From a virus (lineage: Duplodnaviria > Caudoviricetes): a stretch of 37,348 nucleotides of DNA. The position numbers and the translations under genes are program-made. Shown piece after piece: positions 24,920-33,342 of the stretch (positions are counted from its first letter, which is position 1; every line of letters starts with the position of its first letter). The notes under the pieces are model-generated. The model made no database searches and was not told the origin of the DNA. It saw only the letters and a program-made list of their open reading frames with translations. The stretch lies in the IMG/VR virus record IMGVR_UViG_3300027365_000031, positions 1 through 37,348 of that record, one strand, 5' to 3'.

Positions 24920-25237
24920 GTGAGCGTAGCCAACAACGGCGGATACAAATGCCTATGCCCAGCCTGCGGGCAGCGCATGCGCATCCGTAACAGCGAGGCG
25001 CAAACGCCGACGTTCAAGACGATGTACGCGCAGTGCCTGAACATCGCCTGCGGCGCGACCTACACCGGGTCGCTGACGTGGGACCACGAGCTGAGCCCAT
25101 CCGGCCTGGACCGGCCGCGGGTGCGGCTACCGCTGGCCCCGTCAGTCGCACGTATGCAGGCCCTGCGCGACAGCAAACCGAAAACAGACCAGCTCGACAT
25201 GCTCGACCACATGGAACCGGAGGTAGCCACCGCATGA
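24920..25237 (+). CDS. ogr: Ogr/Delta-like zinc-finger late gene activator
   Basis: CPACG...RIRNS...YAQCLNIACGATY...LSPS. Confidence 0.88.
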   Translation: MSVANNGGYKCLCPACGQRMRIRNSEAQTPTFKTMYAQCLNIACGATYTGSLTWDHELSPSGLDRPRVRLPLAPSVARMQALRDSKPKTDQLDMLDHMEPEVATA

Positions 25238-25605
25238 ACGTCACGACCCTACACGACGCCCAGGAGTACCGGGCCAGCATGCAGCGCGCCGCGCTGACCT
25301 TTTTGCAGCGCCACCAGGGCGAGCACCTGACCGACGATGGCCACCTGTTCGAGCGCGCCGTCGGCTACCTGGTCAACGCGCTCGATGTGCCGGCGTTCAT
25401 GGCCGACCGCCTGGTGCACCTGGCCATGAGCGAGCTGGAGTGCCTCAAGCGTCCGGTGATCGGCATCGACTACGGCATCCGGGACGAGACCCGCGTCGCC
25501 CTGGTGAATTTTTTTTCGGGCGAGGCGGTATTGATCCCCCTTCGCCATCTGCCGGCGCGCCTGCAGCCGCCCGCGGCTCTGCCGGCTGCAGCAGCCACGC
25601 ACTGA
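25234..25605 (+). CDS. Hypothetical early protein
   Basis: MNVTTLHDAQEYRASMQRAAL...; GGAGGT RBS, ATGA overlap with ogr. Confidence 0.75.
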   Translation: MNVTTLHDAQEYRASMQRAALTFLQRHQGEHLTDDGHLFERAVGYLVNALDVPAFMADRLVHLAMSELECLKRPVIGIDYGIRDETRVALVNFFSGEAVLIPLRHLPARLQPPAALPAAAATH

Positions 25606-25681
25606 TCACTCCTTGAATTGACCCATTCCCATGCCCGCCTGTGAGCGGGTAGGGGGAAGTTGCGCCCTGACGGTGGCCCCT

Positions 25682-25921
25682 ATGACTCACGTTTCCATTC
25701 AAATCAGCCTCGACCCGGCCCAGGCCGAGGCCTACCTGCGCTGGCTGACCAGCCAGTACGAGCAGCTGATGGCGGCCTGCTGGTACGACGACCGCTACCG
25801 CTACACGCCGACCGGCTTCCGCGCGCCGAAGATCCTGGCGGACCACCCGCACATCGCCGGCATCAACCGCACCGCACGCGAGCTGGTCAAGCAGCTCAGG
25901 CAGCAGGGGGTGCGCGCATGA
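25682..25921 (+). CDS. Hypothetical early protein
   Basis: MTHVSIQISLDPAQAEAYLRWL...; ATGA overlap with next gene; start uncertain (25631 possible). Confidence 0.7.
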   Translation: MTHVSIQISLDPAQAEAYLRWLTSQYEQLMAACWYDDRYRYTPTGFRAPKILADHPHIAGINRTARELVKQLRQQGVRA

Positions 25922-26154
25922 GCACCCATCCGATGCCGGCCTGTGAGGCGCTGGCGGCCGATCCAGCGCGGTACATATTCAAGCGGTATTTGGCCGATCT
26001 GATCGAGGCGCCCGACCACGAGAAGAGGTATCGCGAGAGCTGCCGCCTGGGCGGCTACCTTGGCGCCCTGCTGGAGTGCGACGTGATCACCTGCGACGAA
26101 CACAAGGCGCTGCGAGAAGAAATGCACGAGTTCGTCTGGGGGCCGGCCCAATGA
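25918..26154 (+). CDS. Hypothetical early protein
   Basis: MSTHPMPACEALAADP...RLGGYLGALLECDVIT; ATGA overlaps on both sides. Confidence 0.7.
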   Translation: MSTHPMPACEALAADPARYIFKRYLADLIEAPDHEKRYRESCRLGGYLGALLECDVITCDEHKALREEMHEFVWGPAQ

Positions 26155-28910
26155 AAGAAATGGACCGCCAGATCCGCGATGAAGTGCTGCGCCGTTTCGA
26201 GGCCGACTTCGGCCTCAAGCGCCGCGCCGGTACCGACTACCTGCGCGGCGGCACCTGCCCGAGCTGCGGCAAGAAGGAGCTCTATGCCCGCTACGACCAG
26301 CCCTGGTTCATCAAGTGCGGCCGCGAGAGCAAGTGCGGCGAGCAGTGGCACGTGAAAGAGCTGTTCGACGACCTGTTCGATGACTGGAGCAAGCGCGCAC
26401 CGAGCACCGAGCAGGCGCCGGCCGCCAGCGCCGATGCCTACCTGCAGTTCGCCCGTGGCTTCGACCTGGGCTTGATCCGTGGCTGGTACAGCCAGGAGAA
26501 CTACTGGAGCCGCGAACTCGCCCAGGGCAGCGCCACGGTGCGCTTCACCTTGGAGAAAGGCGGCTACTGGGAGCGGCTGATCGACCGCCCGCACCGCTTC
26601 GGCAAGCAGAAGGCGCGCTTCGCCCCCGGCCAGAGCATGAAAGGCTACTGGTGGTGCCCGCCGTCGTTGGACCTGCTGCAGGTGCGCGAACTGTGGATCG
26701 TCGAGGGCATTTTCGACGCCATCGCGCTGCTGCACCACGACACTGCCGCCGTATCGGCCATGAGCAGCAATGCCTTCCCCGCCGAGTCGCTCAAGGCCCT
26801 GGTCAAGGCCTGCGCTGAGGCCGGCCGCTCGCTGCCGCGCCTGGTCTGGGCACTGGACAACGAGCCGGGCGCCCACCGTTACACCCGCCGTTGGGCCAAG
26901 CAGGCCCGCGAACTCGGGTTTAGCTGCGAGGCGGCGCAGATCCCGCAGCGCGACCGCAAGGTGGACTGGAACGACCTCCACCAGCGCTGGGCCTTCATCG
27001 AGGGCGACGACAAGCGCGCGGAGCAGATCGAGCGCGACCTGCGCGAAGCGCGCTACCACGGCAGCCTACTGCTGGCCGAAAGCGCGGCGGAGAAGGGCGC
27101 GCTGATGTTCGATTGGCGCCAGCGGCATGAATTTCACTTCGCGTTCGAGAACCGCCTGTACTGGTTCAAGATGGACTTGGAGAAGTTCAACAAGGCCAAG
27201 CAGGCGCTCGAAGGCAGCGAGCACCACGACGACCAGCTGCTCAATGATCGGCAGATGACTGAAAAGGCGCTGCAGCAGTGCGGCGCGGTGGTGGAAATCG
27301 CCAACTGCTATCCGCAGGCGCTGTACTTCCAGCGCAACGAGGTGACGGACGAGAGCTGGTACTACTTCCGGGTGGACTTCCCCCACGATGAGCCTACGGT
27401 GCGCAACACCTTCACTGGCGGCCAGGTAGCGGCGGCCAGCGAGTTCAAGAAGCGCCTGCTCGGCATGGCGGCCGGCGCGGTGTTCACCGGTACCGGTGCG
27501 CAGCTCGATCGCATCATGCGCGACCAGCTCTACGGCCTGAAAACCGTCAAGACCATCGACTACATCGGCTACAGCAAGGAACACAGCTGCTACGTGTTCG
27601 GTGACCTGGCCGTGCGCGGGGGCGTGCTCGAGCAGGCCAACAAGGAGGATTACTTCGAGTTCAAACAGCTGCGCTTGAAGACGCTGCAGAAGTCGATCCG
27701 CCTGGAAATCGCGCGTACCGACGAGGGCTACCGTGCCGAGTGGCTCGACTGGCTGTGGACCTGTTTCGGCACCCAGGGCATCGTCGCGCTGGCGTTCTGG
27801 TTCGGCTCGCTGTTCGCCGAGCAGATCCGCGACGAGTACCAGAGCTTTCCCTTCCTGGAAGTGACGGGCGAGGCCGGCGCCGGCAAGAGCACCCTGCTGA
27901 TGTTCCTCTGGAAGCTGCTCGGCCGCCCGGACGAAGAGGGCAAGGACCCTTCGAAAATGTCCAAAGCCGGCTTGCGCCGGTGGATGGGGCAGGTCTCCGG
28001 CATGCCGCTGGTACTGCTCGAGGCCGACCGCAGCGACAACGACCGCGGCGCCGCCAAAGCCTACGACTGGGACGAGCTGAAACCGCTATTCAACGGCGGC
28101 ACCCTGGGCGTGACCGGCGTGAAGACCGCCGGCAACGAGACCTACGAGCCACCGTTTCGCGGCACCATCGTCATCAGCCAGAACGCCACTGTGATGGCCA
28201 GCGAGGCGATCCTCACCCGTATCGTGAAGTTGCACTTCGTGCGCCCCGAGGTCACCGCCGCCAGCCGCGCCGCGGCGGACAACCTCAACCACCTGAGCGC
28301 CATGGATGTGTCGCACTTCCTGCTCATGGCCGCCCGCGCCGAGGGCAAGGTGCTGGAGACCTTCCGTGCCCAGGTGAAGGTGCATGAGCAGGCGCTGCGC
28401 GAGCTGAAAGAGATCCGCATCGAGCGAATCATCAAGAACCACGCGCAGCTGCTCGCCCTGGTCGACTGCCTGCGGCTGATCATCCCGCTCACCGATCGGC
28501 AGCACGCCGGCGCGCAGCGCGAGCTGGTCGCCATGGCGCTGGCTCGCCAGACCGCCGTCAACGCCGACCCGGCCGAGGTGGCCGAGTTCTGGGAGGTGTT
28601 CGACTACCTGCAGGGCCTGAGCGAGGACCCGGTGGTCGACCACTCTAAGAAGCCGGACGTGATCGCCATCAACCTCAACGAGTTCGCCGAGCGCGCCGCC
28701 GAGCACAAGCAGAAGCTGGCGGACGTGGCGACCCTGCGCACCCTGCTGCCCAACAGCCGCTCCCGCAAATACCTCACCCACAACAAGGGCGTGGACAGCG
28801 CCGTGCGCGCCGCTTTCAACCGCCGCAACAACCAACTCACCCAGCGCGGCACCACCGTGAAGTGCTGGATCTTCCAGAACCCCGACCAGAGCGGAGGTAA
28901 GCGTGAATGA
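26151..28910 (+). CDS. Replication protein: Zn-finger/TOPRIM primase fused to P-loop helicase
   Basis: CPSCGK...CGRESKC; WIVEGIFDAIAL and ALDNE (TOPRIM); GEAGAGKST (Walker A); 919 aa. Confidence 0.9.
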   Translation: MKEMDRQIRDEVLRRFEADFGLKRRAGTDYLRGGTCPSCGKKELYARYDQPWFIKCGRESKCGEQWHVKELFDDLFDDWSKRAPSTEQAPAASADAYLQFARGFDLGLIRGWYSQENYWSRELAQGSATVRFTLEKGGYWERLIDRPHRFGKQKARFAPGQSMKGYWWCPPSLDLLQVRELWIVEGIFDAIALLHHDTAAVSAMSSNAFPAESLKALVKACAEAGRSLPRLVWALDNEPGAHRYTRRWAKQARELGFSCEAAQIPQRDRKVDWNDLHQRWAFIEGDDKRAEQIERDLREARYHGSLLLAESAAEKGALMFDWRQRHEFHFAFENRLYWFKMDLEKFNKAKQALEGSEHHDDQLLNDRQMTEKALQQCGAVVEIANCYPQALYFQRNEVTDESWYYFRVDFPHDEPTVRNTFTGGQVAAASEFKKRLLGMAAGAVFTGTGAQLDRIMRDQLYGLKTVKTIDYIGYSKEHSCYVFGDLAVRGGVLEQANKEDYFEFKQLRLKTLQKSIRLEIARTDEGYRAEWLDWLWTCFGTQGIVALAFWFGSLFAEQIRDEYQSFPFLEVTGEAGAGKSTLLMFLWKLLGRPDEEGKDPSKMSKAGLRRWMGQVSGMPLVLLEADRSDNDRGAAKAYDWDELKPLFNGGTLGVTGVKTAGNETYEPPFRGTIVISQNATVMASEAILTRIVKLHFVRPEVTAASRAAADNLNHLSAMDVSHFLLMAARAEGKVLETFRAQVKVHEQALRELKEIRIERIIKNHAQLLALVDCLRLIIPLTDRQHAGAQRELVAMALARQTAVNADPAEVAEFWEVFDYLQGLSEDPVVDHSKKPDVIAINLNEFAERAAEHKQKLADVATLRTLLPNSRSRKYLTHNKGVDSAVRAAFNRRNNQLTQRGTTVKCWIFQNPDQSGGKRE

Positions 28911-29733
28911 GCTGGCTCTTTTCGCGGGCGCTGGTGGAGGAATTCTCGGAGGCCACCTGCTGGGATGGCGCACCGTCTGCGCCGTTGAGCGTGATGCCTA
29001 CGGAGCACAAATTCTGGCGCAACGACAAAACGATGGAGCCCTGCCAGCTTTCCCGATTTGGTCTGACGTGCGCAGTTTTGACGGAAAGCCGTGGCGCGGA
29101 ATTGTTGACGTGGTTTCGGGCGGGTTTCCCTGCCAAGACATCAGCAACAGCGGTGAAAAGAAAGGCATCCAGGGTGAGCGCAGCGGCCAGTGGAAAGAAA
29201 TGGCCAGGATCATTCGCGAGGTTCAACCGCGATACGCGTACGTGGAAAACGTCGCAGCGCTGCTTGTTCGAGGAATTGACGTCGTGCTCGGTGACTTGGC
29301 CTCGATGGGGTTCGATGCACGATGGGGAGTGCTGGGAACTGCCGACCTTGGCGGTGACCAGGCCCGCGAAAGGGTATGGATTGTGGCCGACGCTCAAGGC
29401 TTCCGACGGAGAGCAGTGGACCTCCAACCTGGACTACTTCAAGCGGCGCTTGGGTATTTCGCCCGACCTTCCAGTGATCGTCGCGTTGAGTACGCCGCCG
29501 ACCACAAAGGGGTTTTACGGGCGACTGAACCCGGACTGGTGCGAGTGGCTGACGACGTGGCCTATCAGGTGGACCGCATTAGAGCCGTTGGCAATGGACA
29601 GGATCCACGCGTGGCAGCAGCGGCATTCGCACTGCTTTCCGATCGATACGAACTGAAGTGTCCAGCTTCAGCCACCGCCGGCGGCAACCGGCACCAACCC
29701 AAGGAGAAGCACCATGCAGCACTACGACGATGA
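28903..29733 (+). CDS. DNA (cytosine-5) methyltransferase, main chain
   Basis: LFAGAGG (I), GFPCQ (IV), ENV (VI), RERVW (VIII), RAVGNG (X); motif IX not evident. Confidence 0.88.
   Translation: MNELALFAGAGGGILGGHLLGWRTVCAVERDAYGAQILAQRQNDGALPAFPIWSDVRSFDGKPWRGIVDVVSGGFPCQDISNSGEKKGIQGERSGQWKEMARIIREVQPRYAYVENVAALLVRGIDVVLGDLASMGFDARWGVLGTADLGGDQARERVWIVADAQGFRRRAVDLQPGLLQAALGYFARPSSDRRVEYAADHKGVLRATEPGLVRVADDVAYQVDRIRAVGNGQDPRVAAAAFALLSDRYELKCPASATAGGNRHQPKEKHHAALRR
28907..29656 (+). CDS. Nested +1-frame gene, putative second subunit of the methyltransferase
   Basis: 249-aa ORF; ATGA-coupled to primase stop; GGAGGT 8 nt upstream; LWPT and RLNPDWCEWLTTWPIRWT (motif IX-like). Confidence 0.68.
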   Translation: MSWLFSRALVEEFSEATCWDGAPSAPLSVMPTEHKFWRNDKTMEPCQLSRFGLTCAVLTESRGAELLTWFRAGFPAKTSATAVKRKASRVSAAASGKKWPGSFARFNRDTRTWKTSQRCLFEELTSCSVTWPRWGSMHDGECWELPTLAVTRPAKGYGLWPTLKASDGEQWTSNLDYFKRRLGISPDLPVIVALSTPPTTKGFYGRLNPDWCEWLTTWPIRWTALEPLAMDRIHAWQQRHSHCFPIDTN

Positions 29734-29854
29734 CGAACCAGGCCTCAGCCTGCGCGCCCGGCTGGCCATGACCGGCTGGATCGGCACCGGCCTGGCCGGT
29801 CTGCTGGCCGCAGCCAACCACCTGCCGGACCTGTTCCTGCTGATCGCACGCTGA
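29714..29854 (+). CDS. Small hydrophobic protein (46 aa)
   Basis: MQHYDDDEPGLSLRARLAMTGWIGTGLAGLLAAANHLPDLFLLIAR; strong AAGGAG RBS. Confidence 0.7.
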   Translation: MQHYDDDEPGLSLRARLAMTGWIGTGLAGLLAAANHLPDLFLLIAR

Positions 29855-29917
29855 AAACAAGAAGGCCCCGGTGAGCGGCAACTCACCAGGGCCTGACCAA
29901 CCCCAAGGAGAAGCACC

Positions 29918-30214
29918 ATGCAAGCACATCACACCCAGGGAGGCGGGGCACAGCATAACCCAGCCGCCAACTATCAACCTGTGGCCATCACCGGGGTGCC
30001 CGAGAAGCTCTGCCGCAAATGCGGCGAGTTCTGGCCCGCCGATACCGAGTTCTTCTTCCGCCAGGCCTCCCGCCCGGACGGCCTCGGAACCATGTGCAAG
30101 GCCTGCTACGCAGAGACGCCGAGCATGATCAAGCGCAATGCCGGCAAAAAGAAATTGAACCAGGTCAGTTCGCCCTGGGAGACGTTGTTTGAGGAGGAGC
30201 CTAGCCATGCGTGA
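29918..30214 (+). CDS. Zinc-finger protein (CxxC...CxxC)
   Basis: KLCRKCGE...FF...DGLGTMCKAC; AAGGAG RBS. Confidence 0.75.
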   Translation: MQAHHTQGGGAQHNPAANYQPVAITGVPEKLCRKCGEFWPADTEFFFRQASRPDGLGTMCKACYAETPSMIKRNAGKKKLNQVSSPWETLFEEEPSHA

Positions 30215-30896
30215 GCGTCCGATTTTGTTCAACGGCGCGATGGTTCGAGCCATCCTGGAAGGCCACAAGACGGTGACGCGGCGCGTCGTGAAGCCTAAAC
30301 AGGCCGGGCGCATTACTGGCGCGGCAGGACCGGGTATGGCAGCGGAATACCTGGGCATAGACAACGATGGCTGTGGGTGCTTCTCGATTCTTCAATGCCC
30401 ATACGGCCAGCCAGGCGACCGACTATGGGTGCGCGAGACATGGTCTGACGTGAATATGTGCGGCGCTCCGGCGCTCGCATATCGTGCGGATAGTTATATT
30501 CGTGACCTGATGGCGGAAGAGCTTTTCCTTGATGAAGATGGCGCTTTCAACTACGTCGATCAGCGCTGGAAGAAGTACGACTTCTGCTGCTGGTATGCGG
30601 ATTTGCACCAGGCGCGGTGGCGACCCAGCATCCACATGCCACGCTGGGCCTCTCGCATCATGCTGGAGATCACCAACGTGCGTGTCGAGCGATTGCAGGC
30701 CATCACCGAGGTGCAGGCCAAGGCCGAGGGAGTGCTTAGCTGCGAAAATGATATTGACCCTGATGGCAATGGCTACTCGCCGTATGAGCTGTTCTCAGCG
30801 TTGTGGGTCTCCATCAACGGTCATGAGAGATGGCACGCCAACCCCTGGGTTTGGGTGGTCGAGTTCAAGCGGGTGGAGGTGCAGCATGCCAACTGA
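30207..30896 (+). CDS. Phage protein with ASCH/PUA-like motifs
   Basis: ERPILFNGAMVRAILEGHKTVTRR, CPYGQPGDRLWVRE, WRPSIHMPRWASRI, NPWVWVVEF. Confidence 0.8.
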   Translation: MRERPILFNGAMVRAILEGHKTVTRRVVKPKQAGRITGAAGPGMAAEYLGIDNDGCGCFSILQCPYGQPGDRLWVRETWSDVNMCGAPALAYRADSYIRDLMAEELFLDEDGAFNYVDQRWKKYDFCCWYADLHQARWRPSIHMPRWASRIMLEITNVRVERLQAITEVQAKAEGVLSCENDIDPDGNGYSPYELFSALWVSINGHERWHANPWVWVVEFKRVEVQHAN

Positions 30897-31101
30897 AATC
30901 CGCACCCGCTTCACCACCGGCACCTACGTGGCCACCGTGCGCGGCGAGAAGCGCACCGCCAGCAACACGATGGGCGCCCGCTGGGCCGCCGAAGCCCTGG
31001 CCCGCAAGCTGGGCCTGGACCCAACCCTGCTACGCGAAACCCAGCGCGACTTGCTGCGCAGTGGGGTGGAGTTGTTTGTGCATCCGGGGGAGGTCGTATG
31101 A
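30886..31101 (+). CDS. Hypothetical protein (71 aa)
   Basis: MPTEIRTRFTTGTYVATVRG...; GGAGGT RBS; overlaps both neighbours. Confidence 0.7.
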   Translation: MPTEIRTRFTTGTYVATVRGEKRTASNTMGARWAAEALARKLGLDPTLLRETQRDLLRSGVELFVHPGEVV

Positions 31102-31718
31102 GCCAGCATCATCAAAACAAGCCAGCCCCGGCGCCGGATGAGCTGGAGGCTCCGGAGGTGGTGGCCGTCCTGTACAAATCTGGCGACGTTCTGACGGCGG
31201 AAGAGTGCGGTATCGCCCTTGAGGTGTGTGCGAAGGTAGAGACGCCTCTGATGACCGTCGCGCAGCACAATCGTATCGTGGCGTCACTCACACGCCCCGC
31301 GCAGACCGAGCAGCAGCCTGCATACGTTGAGTGCCGCGAGTGCACGGACTGCGGTCATGTCGGCATCAACGACGCTCACCAGACAGACGCGACGTGCGCG
31401 ATGTGTGACTGGAGCGGGCCGAGCCCGGTTGAGGATCAGTGCCCTGACTGCTGCAAAGAGAACGTGATGGGAGCGGCCTGCCCTAAATGCAGCGGCCGCT
31501 ATCGGATTCTGGCCGAGACACACGTTGCCGCCCCCATCGCGCAGACCGTCCAGCAGCCGGAGCAGAGCGGGCTGGTGGAAGCACTGGAAGCAATCGTGCG
31601 GCAGTACCCGAACTCTGACATCAGCCACGTCGATTACCGCGTGCATGCGTGTAGGCAGGCCGAGCAAGCGCTGGACGCCTACCGCGCCGCTCTGCCCAAT
31701 CACCGAGGTGGCGCATGA
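31098..31718 (+). CDS. Hypothetical protein with four CxxC zinc-ribbon motifs
   Basis: CTDC, CAMC, CPDC, CPKC; ATGA overlap. Confidence 0.72.
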   Translation: MSQHHQNKPAPAPDELEAPEVVAVLYKSGDVLTAEECGIALEVCAKVETPLMTVAQHNRIVASLTRPAQTEQQPAYVECRECTDCGHVGINDAHQTDATCAMCDWSGPSPVEDQCPDCCKENVMGAACPKCSGRYRILAETHVAAPIAQTVQQPEQSGLVEALEAIVRQYPNSDISHVDYRVHACRQAEQALDAYRAALPNHRGGA

Positions 31719-31760
31719 GCTCCGTTAACGATCGATTCTAGAAATCACACCAACCCATTC

Positions 31761-31780
31761 GAGGCCCGGCAACGGGCCTC
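31761..31780 (+). terminator. GNRA hairpin upstream of integrase (possible terminator/attenuator)
   Basis: GAGGCCCG-GCAA-CGGGCCTC followed by a weak T tract. Confidence 0.5.
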
Positions 31781-31819
31781 TCGCTTTGGCGGGGCATAGA
31801 CTCCCGCCGTTTCCATCAA

Positions 31820-33001
31820 GTGAGCACGACCATGCACGAAGGCGTCGAGGTGCGCGGCAATTCGCTGCGCGTCTATTTTCGCTACCAGGGCGAGCTGTGC
31901 CGTGAGCCGTTCCCAGGGGATGCCTCGCCGGCGAACATCGAGCAGGCCAGCCGGCTGGCCGGGCTGATCCGGCACGAGATCAAGCACGGCACGTTCAGTT
32001 ATGCCCGCCATTTCCCCCATTCGGTGAAGGTGAAGACCAACACCTTCGGCCACTTCATCGACTTGTGGCTGAACATCAAGCGCAACGAGGTGGCGCCGTC
32101 CGGATTCAGGGTTTACGAGGGCAGGGCGGAGCTGCACATCCGCCCGAAGTGGGGTGCGCGGCAGGCCGACCAGATCGACCACCTTGACCTGCAGGAGTGG
32201 GTCCAGGCAGAGCTGATGCCGAAGCTGCACAACAAGACGGTCAACGAGATCATCGCCTTGGTGCGGCAGATCTTCCGGCTGTACCGGATGCGCAACCGGA
32301 TGGCGCATGACCCCACCGAGGGGCTGCGGGTGCGGGTGCCGGATCGGGACGATCCGGATCCGTTCGACCGCAAGGAGATCGATGCCATCCTCTCGACGGA
32401 GACCGCGCGCGAGCAGGAGCGCAACCTGGCGCAGTTCATGATTTGGGCGGGGCCGCGCGTGTCGGAGGCGATCTCGCTGGCCTGGGAGGATGTGGTCGAC
32501 CTGGACAAGGGCATCGTCCGCTTCCAGCGTTCCCAGGTGCGCGGCCACTATAAGGTGACGAAGACGCGGCGCTCGGTGCGCGAGGTGAGGCTGCTGCGGC
32601 CGGCGCGCGAGGCGTTGCAGGCGCAGGCGGAGTTGACCCGCGATCTGGAGCCGGTACTGGTGGACGTCACCGAGCGGGACAACAAGACGGTGCGGGTGCG
32701 CAAGCTGCGTTTCGTGTTTCACAACTCCAGCACCGGCGCGGCGCATACCAGCTCGGACATGCTGCTCAAGGGCTTCTGGCGTCCTCACCTGAAAGCGGCC
32801 GGGGTGCGCTTCCGCGGGCCGAACAACTGCCGCCACACGTTCGCCAGCCAGTTGCTCACCACCGGCGCGGTGCCGCTGGAGTGGATCGCCGACCAGATGG
32901 GGCACACGTCCACCGACATGATCCGCAAGCACTACGGCAAGTGGATCAACGACGACGGGCCGGACATGGTCGGCATCCTCGAGCACGCGCTCAAGCTCTG
33001 A
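31820..33001 (+). CDS. int: Tyrosine integrase with N-terminal arm-binding domain
   Basis: GVEVRGNSLRVYFRYQG; GPRVSE (R), KT (K), NCRHTFAS, QMGH, HYG (Y). Confidence 0.95.
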   Translation: MSTTMHEGVEVRGNSLRVYFRYQGELCREPFPGDASPANIEQASRLAGLIRHEIKHGTFSYARHFPHSVKVKTNTFGHFIDLWLNIKRNEVAPSGFRVYEGRAELHIRPKWGARQADQIDHLDLQEWVQAELMPKLHNKTVNEIIALVRQIFRLYRMRNRMAHDPTEGLRVRVPDRDDPDPFDRKEIDAILSTETAREQERNLAQFMIWAGPRVSEAISLAWEDVVDLDKGIVRFQRSQVRGHYKVTKTRRSVREVRLLRPAREALQAQAELTRDLEPVLVDVTERDNKTVRVRKLRFVFHNSSTGAAHTSSDMLLKGFWRPHLKAAGVRFRGPNNCRHTFASQLLTTGAVPLEWIADQMGHTSTDMIRKHYGKWINDDGPDMVGILEHALKL

Positions 33002-33018
33002 TCCCAGCGAAACCACCC

Positions 33019-33043
33019 AAGGCGGCCTGCGAGCCGCCTTTTT
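33019..33043 (+). terminator. Rho-independent terminator after int
   Basis: AAGGCGGC-N6-GCCGCC-TTTTT. Confidence 0.8.
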
Positions 33044-33148
33044 CATGCCTGCGCGGCGGCGCCCGGCGAGGCCGTGTTCCCAAAACGAACCCAGACGGGC
33101 AAGCGGTGAGGGTGAAGGCCAGTAAAATCAGTACCTTGGGCGCGCTAC

Positions 33149-33179
33149 CGTGAGAGTTCGAGTCTCTCCGTCCGCACCA
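33149..33179 (+). other. attP core: 3' end of a tRNA-Leu gene (T-arm, acceptor strand, CCA)
   Basis: CGTGAGAGTTCGAGTCTCTCCGTCCGCACCA; no 5' tRNA half; recalled to match Pseudomonas tRNA-Leu(TAG); IHF-like AATCAGTACCTTG at 33126 and TCCCAGCG/GTTCCCA arm-like repeats at 33002, 33076, 33250, 33261. Confidence 0.85.
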
Positions 33180-33190
33180 TCTGAAGTGCT

Positions 33191-33215
33191 GAAAGCCCCG
33201 GAATCCGGGGCTTTC
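33191..33215 (+). terminator. Hairpin after tRNA fragment (replacement tRNA terminator)
   Basis: GAAAGCCCCGG-AAT-CCGGGGCTTTC. Confidence 0.75.
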
Positions 33216-33342
33216 GCGTATCTGGGCCTGGGTAAATATGGGCGTGATCGTTCCCAGCGTGTTCCCAGCGAAAACCAGTGTGCGGCACTGAAACCCTCCT
33301 CCCGCGCGATTCGCCGCGTTTTATCTTGACCCATCAAAAACG

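Noticed and set aside
33100-33179. Complete phage-encoded tRNA gene
   Set aside because: Only the T-arm and 3' acceptor strand are present; no matching 5' strand, D-arm or anticodon arm, so it is an att core
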